Translations under genes and position numbers: made by a program
In this document: positions 1 to 8,649 of the stretch, one piece after another
Layout: each line of letters starts with the position of its first letter
Numbering within the stretch: the first letter of the stretch is position 1
The notes under the pieces: model-generated
Told to the model about the DNA's origin: nothing
The model's input: only the letters and a program-made list of their open reading frames with translations
Databases searched by the model: none
Assembly: GCF_008000775.2 (NCBI RefSeq)
Contig: NZ_CP042905.2
Coordinates: 630,001-662,000 of the forward strand
Origin: Promethearchaeum syntrophicum
Lineage (GTDB): Archaea; Asgardarchaeota; Lokiarchaeia; Sigyniarchaeales; Promethearchaeaceae
Direction: 5' to 3'
DNA: 32,000 nt

Positions 1-60
1 GAATCAAAAGGATAAATTTCCTTCATTTTTTCTAATTTTTTTTACTAATTCACTAAATTT

Positions 61-100
61 TTAAACCATGATATGCACAAAAGTGTGCATCTTCAGTAGA
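61..100 (-). repeat. Short degenerate remnant of the 3' end of a zinc-ribbon paralog
   Basis: 34/40 nt identical by eye to 2221..2260 (the C-terminal zinc-ribbon codons of the interrupted gene); reverse complement reads SSTEDAHFCAYHG versus DTTEDAQFCAYCG. Confidence 0.55.
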
Positions 101-283
101 ACTTGGATTTGAAGAGCGTAAATTACTTGAAGAAAATGTGAAAATCTATCATCCTATCTTCACTAAAATTTCCCAAAATGATAAAATTAAAATCATAAAT
201 GAATTGAAAATAATGAAATAAATCATTATATACATGAAAATTAAATATATAAAAGATAATAGACAATTCATAGAATTATTGGA

Positions 284-2146
284 ATGAGAAAAATGGCAAT
301 TATAAATATTGTTGAAGAAGAAAAAAAACTATTAAAAGAACTCTCTACTGAAACGGGAATTCAAAATATTGAAAATAAAAAATACATTAAATTGAAAGAG
401 GGTCGGGTTGTTTCTCTTTCTTTAAATAACTTGGATTTAAAGTCAATTCCTTCCTCTGTATTTAAATTTCGTTATTTGGAAGACTTATATCTTGATCATA
501 ATAAATTGATTACGATATCAAACGAAATTTGTAATCTGAAAAACCTACAATTATTATCCTTTTCTCATAACTTTTTTGAGAAATTGCCTGATATTTTAAG
601 AGAGTTATATTCACTGAGTGTATTAGTTTTTTCAGATAACCCTTTATATGAAATTCCTGATTGGATTGAAAGTTTATTTCAATTAGTTGAAATTCACATG
701 GGACCTTTGAAAAAATACAATAATCTTCCAGAAATAATGAAAAAATTAAAAAATATAATATATCTTGATACCGATGATGAAATCTGGGAAGAAAATTCAG
801 TTATAAACAATTTTTTTAAAGGAGTAAAATTTTTACCAAGTGAAATTGAAGGAATAAAAATCCTTGAAGAAATTACTAATGAGAAAATGAACGAATTATA
901 TGAATGGGATGAATTAAAATCAGAAAAAAAGCATTTGGGATTGATCTGTTATAGAGATAAAATTATTGCTTTAAAGGCAATGAATTTGTCGTATTCTGAA
1001 CTACCCCCAGAAGTTGATTCATTTTATGCTTTAAATTATTTAAAATGTAAAGGTGATTGGGATATATCTCATCTTCCGAGATTATCGAATCTTTTTAATT
1101 ATGGGATTCGTTTGGAATCCGAAGAAACTAAAGCTTTATTAGAACTGGAATCATTTCTGGGTAAAAAAATTCCTTATCGAGATATGGCATTGATTAATAA
1201 TTGGGGGAATATTCATGGTGACCATGTAGATTTAGGATTTGATATTCGAGCAAATCATGTAGTATGTTTAAGTTTGGAGAATCTAAATCTTTCAGAAATA
1301 CCTAAGATTATCATAAAATTTCCTTATTTGCGAATACTAAACCTCACGAATAATAATATCAGAGAATTACCCGAATGGTTAGCAGAATTAAAACTCTTAA
1401 CAACAATTTTTCTGTATTTTGACGAAACTGATGAGGAAGAAGGAATTATTAAAATTGAACCCGATTTTTTAGATGGTATCAAAGAAAATAATGAACTACA
1501 ATCATGGTATCAGGTGCAACATCTTCAAGACATTTCCTTTGAAAATAAAATTACCTTTCAAGATTGGATCGATCAAGCAGATGAATATGTTGCATCAGAT
1601 TCAAATTTTGCAGATTTTTATATTTCAGAAGAAGATTGGCATAAATTATATTTGGCATATATCCCGTTAGCAGAATTAATCGAAGCCCCAATTTTTTGTC
1701 CTCAAAAATGTGATTCGAAGATCATTTTAATACATGTAAATTTAAACGCGTTTAAAGATCATATTTATGATTTCTATTCAATTATTTACCAGAAATTAGC
1801 ACAGCATGTATGGGCTTATTATTACAATTCAATTTCCCCTCTTTTTGGAGACCAAAAAGCCACTGTCTGGGATTTTCATAAGCAAAATTCTGAGTTGATT
1901 TATGCATTGATTGAACCAGAATCTAATACGAAAGTTTGGGCGTTTGCATCACCTTCATTTGAAACTTGTTTTGCTTTCCAAGAATATTGCATGTCAAATA
2001 TGATGGGAAAGGTAGAAAAAACGCGAGATTTCTCAACATTAACTCACGAAATGCACAAGTTGATAGAGGGAGGGAAACAAATGATGAATCGATATCCATT
2101 AGATTTGAGAGAGCTTCAAAATGAATTATATAAATATAGAATATAA
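284..2146 (+). CDS. Leucine-rich repeat protein with a non-LRR C-terminal region
   Basis: 620-aa ORF; repeated LxxLxLxxNxLxxIPxxI-type units (e.g. LYLDHNKLITISNEICNLKNLQLLSFSHNFFEKLPDILREL, LRILNLTNNNIRELPEWLAELKLL). Confidence 0.85.
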   Translation: MRKMAIINIVEEEKKLLKELSTETGIQNIENKKYIKLKEGRVVSLSLNNLDLKSIPSSVFKFRYLEDLYLDHNKLITISNEICNLKNLQLLSFSHNFFEKLPDILRELYSLSVLVFSDNPLYEIPDWIESLFQLVEIHMGPLKKYNNLPEIMKKLKNIIYLDTDDEIWEENSVINNFFKGVKFLPSEIEGIKILEEITNEKMNELYEWDELKSEKKHLGLICYRDKIIALKAMNLSYSELPPEVDSFYALNYLKCKGDWDISHLPRLSNLFNYGIRLESEETKALLELESFLGKKIPYRDMALINNWGNIHGDHVDLGFDIRANHVVCLSLENLNLSEIPKIIIKFPYLRILNLTNNNIRELPEWLAELKLLTTIFLYFDETDEEEGIIKIEPDFLDGIKENNELQSWYQVQHLQDISFENKITFQDWIDQADEYVASDSNFADFYISEEDWHKLYLAYIPLAELIEAPIFCPQKCDSKIILIHVNLNAFKDHIYDFYSIIYQKLAQHVWAYYYNSISPLFGDQKATVWDFHKQNSELIYALIEPESNTKVWAFASPSFETCFAFQEYCMSNMMGKVEKTRDFSTLTHEMHKLIEGGKQMMNRYPLDLRELQNELYKYRI

Positions 2147-2212
2147 GCAATAAGACGATTTTAATAAACAATAAAAAAACTTTTTTATCGATTTTTCTTT
2201 CTAAATTCCCCC

Positions 2213-2713
2213 TTATAATTTTGAACCACAATAGGCACAAAACTGTGCATCTTCAGTAGTATCGATTTCAGATCCACATTCTACGCAAAATTTCTGATCT
2301 CCTTTTGAGATCGTCTCTAATTTTTCAATTTTTCTTCCATATAGGTTTGAAATTTCCACTGTCTGCATTTTTCCGGAAATCTGAGAAAAAGTTCCACGTA
2401 ATCGACCAGTTGCTTTCAAATCAAAAATAATCGCCCGTACATCTTTTAAAGTTATTCCTGTGTTAATAGAGATTTCTTCTACAGTTATATTTGGATTAAG
2501 ATTGAATTCATTTAGAATGATATTTTGCAATTTACCTTTGTTCTTATATGCTATTATCTATCCCATTAATATAATAATTCCCATACCTATTGAAATTAAA
2601 TTCCAATAAAATCCTTCAACTACCTTTGAAAATCCCCAAAAAAGGTAAGCTCCAGCAATTAATAAGCTAAAATAGCTAAATCCTTCAACATATTGATCTC
2701 TTTCATATTTCAA
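2213..2713 (-). pseudogene. TM + HTH + zinc-ribbon protein interrupted by in-frame TAG at 2560..2558; the downstream part is the 105-aa ORF 2213..2530
   Basis: Upstream of the called ORF, in the same frame, the minus strand reads (TTG)KYERDQYVEGFSYFSLLIAGAYLFWGFSKVVEGFYWNLISIGMGIIILMG*IIAYKNKGKLQNIILNEF, collinear with the intact paralog at 2823..3326; the stop aligns with Gln in the paralog. Confidence 0.75.
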
Positions 2714-2822
2714 TTTAATAACCTATTAACCACACTAGCTTGTAGAGATTTAAATATTTGTAAAGAAGAAAAAGTGCGTAAAAAAAAATCAAAAAAATCC
2801 GTATTAATTATCTCTTATGTAA

Positions 2823-3326
2823 TTATCTTTCAATTTTAGAGCCACAATAAGGACAAAATTGAGCTTCATCACTTTTATCAATTTCAGTTCCACATTCCTT
2901 GCAGAATCGTTGAATTTCACTTGGTTTTATCTCAATTTCTTTAATTTCTTTTGCAGGTTGCCTTGTAATTTCCACTGACTGCATTTTTCCTGTGGTTTGG
3001 GAGAAAGTTCCTCGTAAATGCCCTGATCCTTTCAAATCTAATATTATTGCTTTAATATCTTTTCGAGATATCCCGGTATTTGTTGAAATTTCTTCACTCG
3101 AGATATTTGGATTTCGAGTAAATTCATTTAAAACAATATTACGCAATTTGGGTCTGTTAGTAAACGCTCTAACTTGACCAACTAAAATACTTAGCCCGAT
3201 TGCAATTTGAATTAAATTCCACCAACTACTTCCGATATCATTGAATCCCCAATAAAGAAAAGCTCCAGCAATTATCAAACTGCAAAGGCTAATTCCTTCA
3301 ACATATGAATTTTTTTCGTACTTCAA
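2823..3326 (-). CDS. Membrane-anchored protein: two N-terminal hydrophobic segments, HTH-like middle, C-terminal double-CxxC zinc ribbon
   Basis: 167-aa ORF, TTG start; CKECGTEI...QFCPYCGSKIE zinc ribbon; NPNISSEEISTNTGISRKDIKAIILDLKGSGHLRG resembles a winged-helix HTH. Confidence 0.7.
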   Translation of the reverse strand: MKYEKNSYVEGISLCSLIIAGAFLYWGFNDIGSSWWNLIQIAIGLSILVGQVRAFTNRPKLRNIVLNEFTRNPNISSEEISTNTGISRKDIKAIILDLKGSGHLRGTFSQTTGKMQSVEITRQPAKEIKEIEIKPSEIQRFCKECGTEIDKSDEAQFCPYCGSKIER

Positions 3327-3347
3327 TTTAATAACCTCTTCGTTACA

Positions 3348-5468
3348 TTATCTTGCTGAATTAAAAATATTTCTTAAGGTAATAAAAAATTTTTCTTGGT
3401 CGATCTCTGGAGCCAAACATTTGAATTCGCGGCAGAGGAAAAATGTGGTTTTATTTTGAATTAGTTTAAAGTCAGAAAGGAATTGAATATTCTCTATGGG
3501 TATCTTTCCTTGAAAGAAATTTAATCTTGGAATATATTGACTTAAAATTTCTTTTTGGAATTTATCAATATGAGTCTTCATATCTTTCTTTTGATCTTGT
3601 GGGAATAAAATATTGATATCTGTGCTTGCATACATGAATCGTTGAAGAGAAATAAAATATGTGGCGTTTCCAAGAGGAGAATTTTTTACTTTTATATATA
3701 GGGCTTTTAATATATTTTCAGCGAGATCCGAGTACTTCGAATCTTTAAACAAATATTGGGCCCGTAATAGATTTTCGACCATTACTGAATTAGAATTTGG
3801 CAAGGGTGCATCATATAACAATTTAGGTCTGGTAAAGATATCGTTTTCTTTAACATCACTAAAATAATATGTATGTCCAGAACCATCCCAGAAATGCTCG
3901 TGAACATAAGTTAGGAGTTTTTCGATATCTTTTAGTAAAGTCAATTCATGAGTAATATTAAACTCGTCCAATAAAGCTTGTATGAAATAAGCGTAATCAT
4001 TCAAATTTCCAGATATTTTGACTGAATTTTCAATAAAAATTCTATAAAGATGTCCTGTTTCTGAATCAAACATAGTATTTCTTAGAAATTTTAAAATATC
4101 AGTTGCCATTTCTAAGATAATTTTCCCAAAAGGTTCATTAACAAATAGTTTATAAGCGGAATATAAACCATGAAGTGTAAGAGAATTCCAAGCTGTAATT
4201 ACTTTATTATCTAAGCCAGGTTTCACCCGAATTTTTCGTCGTTCTAACAATTTATGCTTAATATTTGTCAAGATCTCTTTAATTTTAATCAAATCTTTAT
4301 TAATTTTATTGCCAACGTCTTCTAATTCTTGAACTTGATGAAGAATAATTTGATGATCTTCGAAATTTCCTTCTGGAGTAATCTCAAAAATGGAATAGAA
4401 AATCTCTTTTTCTTCATTGGATAAAAGTTTATCAAGCTCATTTTTTTGCCAGACGTAGTATATTCCTTCTTTCCCGTGCGAATCTGCATCCAAAGTCGAA
4501 TATAATCCTTTCTTCTCCGTTTGCATATACATATCTCTTTGAATCCATTCGATTATTTCTCTTACAATTTCCTTATATCGATTTTGATTGAAGAATTGAT
4601 ATGCTTCAGAATAAGCAACTAGTGCCATTGCATTGTCATATAACATTTTTTCAAAATGTGGGACTAACCAGAATTTATCTACTGAATATCTGTGAAATCC
4701 TCCGCCAATTTGATCATAAATTCCTCCTCTTGCCATTTTATCCAGTGTAAGTTGTACATTTGAAATGAGTTTCTTAGAAATCGGATTATCTAAGTTTTGG
4801 TCAGTTTCATGAATTTGGCGCATAATCATAGTTAGTGATGGAAAATTGGGAAATTTAGGGGCGCTTCCATAACCTCCTTCGCGTTCATCAAATCCGAGAT
4901 TAAATTCCTTTAACACCTCATCAAATAATTTAGGATCAAACCGATCAATTTGTCCTTGCGACCCTTGATTAAAAACATTTAAGATTGCACGACTTATTTC
5001 TTCTCCTGCTTGATCTACTTTTTGTCTATCAGATTTATACACATTAACTAATTGTAAAAGTAGGTCAGGAAAACTAATAATTCCGAAACGGGAAGTTGGA
5101 GGAAAGTAGGTTCCCCCAAAGATTGGTTTTTTATCTGGGGTTAAAAATATGGATAGTGGCCATCCACCTCTCTTTCCCATTAATTGAACTACAGTTTGAT
5201 AAATATTGTCGATGTCGGGGCGTTCTTCTCTATCGATTTTAATAGAAATAAAATTTTCATTTAATATTTGAGCTATATGTTCATCCTCAAATGATTCATG
5301 AGCCATAACATGACACCAATGACACGAACTGTAGCCGATCGATAAGAAAATCATCTTTTTTTCTTCTTGGGCTAAATAAAATGCCTCAGAGCTATATGGA
5401 TACCAGTTTACAGGATTTTTTTGATGTTGTTTGAGATAAGGAGATGACTCTCCTTTTAGATGATTCAT
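3348..5468 (-). CDS. DUF255 / thioredoxin-domain protein (YyaL / spermatogenesis-associated protein 20 family)
   Basis: 706-aa ORF beginning MNHLKGESSPYLKQHQKNPVNWYPY...GYSSCHWCHVMAHESFED...WPLSIFLTPDKKPIFGGTYFPP, typical of the family. Confidence 0.92.
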   Translation of the reverse strand: MNHLKGESSPYLKQHQKNPVNWYPYSSEAFYLAQEEKKMIFLSIGYSSCHWCHVMAHESFEDEHIAQILNENFISIKIDREERPDIDNIYQTVVQLMGKRGGWPLSIFLTPDKKPIFGGTYFPPTSRFGIISFPDLLLQLVNVYKSDRQKVDQAGEEISRAILNVFNQGSQGQIDRFDPKLFDEVLKEFNLGFDEREGGYGSAPKFPNFPSLTMIMRQIHETDQNLDNPISKKLISNVQLTLDKMARGGIYDQIGGGFHRYSVDKFWLVPHFEKMLYDNAMALVAYSEAYQFFNQNRYKEIVREIIEWIQRDMYMQTEKKGLYSTLDADSHGKEGIYYVWQKNELDKLLSNEEKEIFYSIFEITPEGNFEDHQIILHQVQELEDVGNKINKDLIKIKEILTNIKHKLLERRKIRVKPGLDNKVITAWNSLTLHGLYSAYKLFVNEPFGKIILEMATDILKFLRNTMFDSETGHLYRIFIENSVKISGNLNDYAYFIQALLDEFNITHELTLLKDIEKLLTYVHEHFWDGSGHTYYFSDVKENDIFTRPKLLYDAPLPNSNSVMVENLLRAQYLFKDSKYSDLAENILKALYIKVKNSPLGNATYFISLQRFMYASTDINILFPQDQKKDMKTHIDKFQKEILSQYIPRLNFFQGKIPIENIQFLSDFKLIQNKTTFFLCREFKCLAPEIDQEKFFITLRNIFNSAR

Positions 5469-5617
5469 GATTTAATTAGCAGATTAGAGAAATTTTATAT
5501 TTTTGATTAAAAAATAAAGGCAAATCTTAGGAAAGACAATATTCCAAAAGCATTTTTTTTTTAAATATTCAATTCTAATCAAATATTTAGAAAAAAAAAT
5601 AAATAAAGTGAAAAAAA

Positions 5618-6178
5618 ATGAATGTAAAAGACGCAATTGAAAATAGAAGAGCTTATCGATCTTTAGCTGAGATTAAAATAACTGAAGAATTAATCAATGA
5701 TTTGGGGACTGCTGCGCAATTAATGCCGAGTTGTTTTAATAAGCAACCTTGGCGATTTGTATTCGTGTATAAAGATCCTCAACTCGAACGAATGAAAAAT
5801 GAGGTTTTAAGTGAAGGAAACTTATGGGCAAAGAAAGCCTCAATGATAATTGCTGTGTTTAGCAAAAAAGAATTTGATTGTGTAATTAAAGAACGGGAAT
5901 ATTATTTATACGATACAGGAATGGCGGTTGGATCATTGCTTCTAAGAGCAACTGAGATGGGGTTAATTGCTCATCCAATAGCTGGCTACAATCCAAGTAA
6001 AGCTAGAGAAGTTTTGAATATTCCTTCAGAATATAATGTGATCAATTTGATAATAATTGGTAAGAAAGATCCGATTATTCCTGATAATTTTACTTCTTTT
6101 CAATTAGAATCCGAAAAAAATCGCCCTCCAAGAAAACCACTTAAAGAATTTGTATTTCACAACACCTTTAGTTCTTAA
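5618..6178 (+). CDS. Nitroreductase family FMN-dependent oxidoreductase
   Basis: 186 aa; MNVKDAIENRRAYRSLAEIKITEE...AAQLMPSCFNKQPWRFVFV...HPIAGYNPSKAREVLNIP. Confidence 0.88.
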   Translation: MNVKDAIENRRAYRSLAEIKITEELINDLGTAAQLMPSCFNKQPWRFVFVYKDPQLERMKNEVLSEGNLWAKKASMIIAVFSKKEFDCVIKEREYYLYDTGMAVGSLLLRATEMGLIAHPIAGYNPSKAREVLNIPSEYNVINLIIIGKKDPIIPDNFTSFQLESEKNRPPRKPLKEFVFHNTFSS

Positions 6179-6531
6179 TCAACATTTTTTAATTTTTTTT
6201 TCATCAGAGTTTCATATTCATCAAAATCAAATTTTTCTACAAAATCTATGCCAACTTGAGCATCATCCTTAGAAAATTTAAGTGGAATATTATTTTGATG
6301 GCATATATCAATAAATCGCCACAAATTCACTCCTGCAATTTCACTTGCTTTCCCAAATGATACTTTCTCATTACGATATTCATTTATTGCAGTTTCTATT
6401 CGTATCTCTTCAATTGATTTGGAAAGTAAATATCTTATTAACGTACTTTTATCCATTTTAAGGATTTTTTGAAGATCTTCAATTTCTTTATTCAAATCTT
6501 TTGGAACTACAATTGATAATCGTTCACTCAT
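6175..6531 (-). CDS. UPF0175-family antitoxin-like protein with RHH-like N-terminus
   Basis: 118 aa; SIVVPKDLNKEIEDLQKILKMDKSTLIRYLL (RHH-like) and YRNEKVSFGKASEIAGVNLWRFIDICHQNNIPL (UPF0175 signature); 8-bp overlap with the PIN gene. Confidence 0.75.
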   Translation of the reverse strand: MSERLSIVVPKDLNKEIEDLQKILKMDKSTLIRYLLSKSIEEIRIETAINEYRNEKVSFGKASEIAGVNLWRFIDICHQNNIPLKFSKDDAQVGIDFVEKFDFDEYETLMKKKLKNVD

Positions 6532-7018
6532 ATTTTTTTCCCTCGTTTAGATATTTTTCATATAATTCATGCGTAAACCATCCATTTGAAGAATATTTTA
6601 ATAAATTTCTTTTAAAATGATTAAAATTGATAGATTTTAGCTTAATCAAGAGTAAAAGCATATCTGCCGTTGAAATTGATGATATTTTTCGCTGTTCTGC
6701 AACTAGTCTTGCTTTTCGATCATCTAATATAACTAAAGATTTCAAAGTTTCTGAAAGTAAAATTGATTCATATTCTCCCAAATGTAAGTACTTTTTTAAT
6801 AAGGGATCTTGTTTCTTAATTGAATATTTTAAGATTCTATGCTCATTGTAATAGTTTTCTAGTAGTATAGCATCTGAATAACCATGTTTAATACCTTTTT
6901 CAATAACTTCACAATAAACAGCATCTGGTATAATTATATTTTTAAATTTCTTCAGAATGAAATCAATTTTTCCAATTTTTGTTAAATGGATCAATGGTGA
7001 TGAATCAAATATGATCAT
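6524..7018 (-). CDS. PIN-like toxin, DUF3368 type
   Basis: 164 aa; IIFDSSPLIHLTKIGKIDFI...IIIPDAVYCEVIEKG...HLGEYESILLSETLKSLVILDDRKAR...ISTADMLLLL: PIN-type acidic residues. Confidence 0.78.
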   Translation of the reverse strand: MIIFDSSPLIHLTKIGKIDFILKKFKNIIIPDAVYCEVIEKGIKHGYSDAILLENYYNEHRILKYSIKKQDPLLKKYLHLGEYESILLSETLKSLVILDDRKARLVAEQRKISSISTADMLLLLIKLKSINFNHFKRNLLKYSSNGWFTHELYEKYLNEGKKYE

Positions 7019-7072
7019 ATATGATATTATATGAAATATACATATTTAAATAAATATAAAAAATGATTAAAT

Positions 7073-8428
7073 CTATTCTTTTTTAGGCCAAACCTTTCTG
7101 AAAGCACCTTTCTTCATTCGACAGACAGGACATTCCTCTGGTGGTTCATCACCATAGTGTAAATGACCACATATTTTACAACGCCACACGGTTTGTTGTT
7201 CCATGCCCTTTCTTGCAGCTTCTTTTACATCTTTTGCCCGTAATCTTGGTAAATCTTCCATTTTTGGCATAATTGGTTGAAAACCACCCTTCATAAGATA
7301 TTTTAGAACTATCATTCTTTGAACTTGATTTGTTCCTTCGTAGATCTGTAATAATCTGATATCTCTTAGAAGTTTCTCTACAGGGAAGTATTTCGTATAA
7401 CCGTATCCCCCCAAAATCTGTAATGCATCGTTTGCGACTTCAAAAGCTGCTTCAGTTGTATAAAATTTCGTCATAGATGCCCATAAAGTGCAATCACGCC
7501 CTTGATCGGCTTCCCAAGCGGAGCGCCAGATCATTAAGCGCGAAGTTTCAACTTTCTGGAACATTTCTGCAATTTTGAATTGAATGCCTTGAAAAGCCCC
7601 AATAGGTTGACCGAATGCTTTCCGATTCATAGCATGTTGCATGGCAAATTCCATAGCAGATCGTGCCGCACCAACAGCAAAAGCTCCGATCATTGGACGT
7701 GTGTGTGAAAAAACATTCATAGCTAAACCAAATCCTTCCCCGCCTTCTCTTCCCAGAACATTTTCAGCGGGGACTCTCACATTATCAAACTTAAGTGCCA
7801 CTGTGTTTGAAGTTCGTTGACCCATTTTCGGGATGTGATCAACAACTGAAACTCCATCCCAATCTGTTTCAATTACCACTCCTACAATTCCTTTGTGTCT
7901 AAGTTTTCGATCCACTGTAGCAAAAATTGTAGCATAATCAGCAAAACCCCCATTTGTAACCCAATATTTTGTTCCATTTAGAATGTAATCTTTCCCATCA
8001 GGTGTCGCTTTACATCGCATTCCTGCCACATCCGAGCCCATTCCAGTCTCTGATGTAGCGAAGCTAATCAGTTTAAAATTTTTAATTATATCCGTTAGAT
8101 ATTTTTCCTTAGCGATTTCATTAGTTGATAAAATCAGAGGTTCTTGTCCTAACCCATTATCAAAAATAGATGTTGCTAATCCAGGACCACAAGAAGCAAA
8201 TTCTTCAACCGCAATGGATGCATCTAACATTCCATGTCCTTGACCACCATATTTCTTAGGAATGCCTAAATTCATTAAGCCTTCTTTATATGCACGTTCT
8301 AATACATAGAGAGGCATTTCATCCATTTCATCAAAATACCATGCTACAGGTAAGATTTCGCGATGAGCAAATTCACGACTTTTCATTTGTAATGCTAATT
8401 GCTCATCTGTTAGTGTAAAATCAATCAT
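7073..8428 (-). CDS. Acyl-CoA dehydrogenase fused to a C-terminal rubredoxin-like domain (about 7076..7186)
   Basis: 451 aa; ACAD motifs (ISFATSETGMGSDVAGM, YWVTNGGFADY, QILGGYGYTKYFPVEKLLRDIRLLQIYEGTNQVQ) followed by WRCKICGHLHYGDEPPEECPVCRMKKGAFRKV. Confidence 0.93.
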   Translation of the reverse strand: MIDFTLTDEQLALQMKSREFAHREILPVAWYFDEMDEMPLYVLERAYKEGLMNLGIPKKYGGQGHGMLDASIAVEEFASCGPGLATSIFDNGLGQEPLILSTNEIAKEKYLTDIIKNFKLISFATSETGMGSDVAGMRCKATPDGKDYILNGTKYWVTNGGFADYATIFATVDRKLRHKGIVGVVIETDWDGVSVVDHIPKMGQRTSNTVALKFDNVRVPAENVLGREGGEGFGLAMNVFSHTRPMIGAFAVGAARSAMEFAMQHAMNRKAFGQPIGAFQGIQFKIAEMFQKVETSRLMIWRSAWEADQGRDCTLWASMTKFYTTEAAFEVANDALQILGGYGYTKYFPVEKLLRDIRLLQIYEGTNQVQRMIVLKYLMKGGFQPIMPKMEDLPRLRAKDVKEAARKGMEQQTVWRCKICGHLHYGDEPPEECPVCRMKKGAFRKVWPKKE

Positions 8429-8649
8429 TATTTTATCTCCTTTTTATTTTCAAAAAAATCTTATAAAGTCAAAATTTTTTCAATAATAATAAAAAATGTT
8501 GATTGAGGATGTTATTAAATTTGTTCTTTTAATTATAAAATAAGTAAATATATTCAATTAATAAATATAACTTCAGATTCAAAACTTGATATGTGTATGA
8601 TTTTTGAGATAGAATACGAAAATAATGAAATAAAAAAAATGTAGATAAA

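Noticed and set aside
74-90. TGCACAAAAGTGTGCA hairpin as a regulatory element
   Set aside because: The inverted repeat falls within codons of the zinc-ribbon remnant, and the paralogous copy at 2235..2250 has a changed stem, so it is better explained as coding remnant than as a selected hairpin.
1473-1670. Plus-strand 65-aa ORF in the track
   Set aside because: Lies entirely inside the LRR gene in another frame, with no recognisable motifs.
1923-2240. Minus-strand 105-aa ORF
   Set aside because: Mostly antisense to the LRR gene and overlapping the zinc-ribbon 3' end; low-complexity hydrophobic translation typical of antisense AT-rich DNA.
2213-2713. Pyrrolysine or genome-wide TAG recoding as explanation of the in-frame TAG
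   Set aside because: TAG terminates the dsrF-like ORF (26187..26189) in a normal position and the aligned residue is Gln, so a simple nonsense mutation is more economical. Kept only as an alternative to test.
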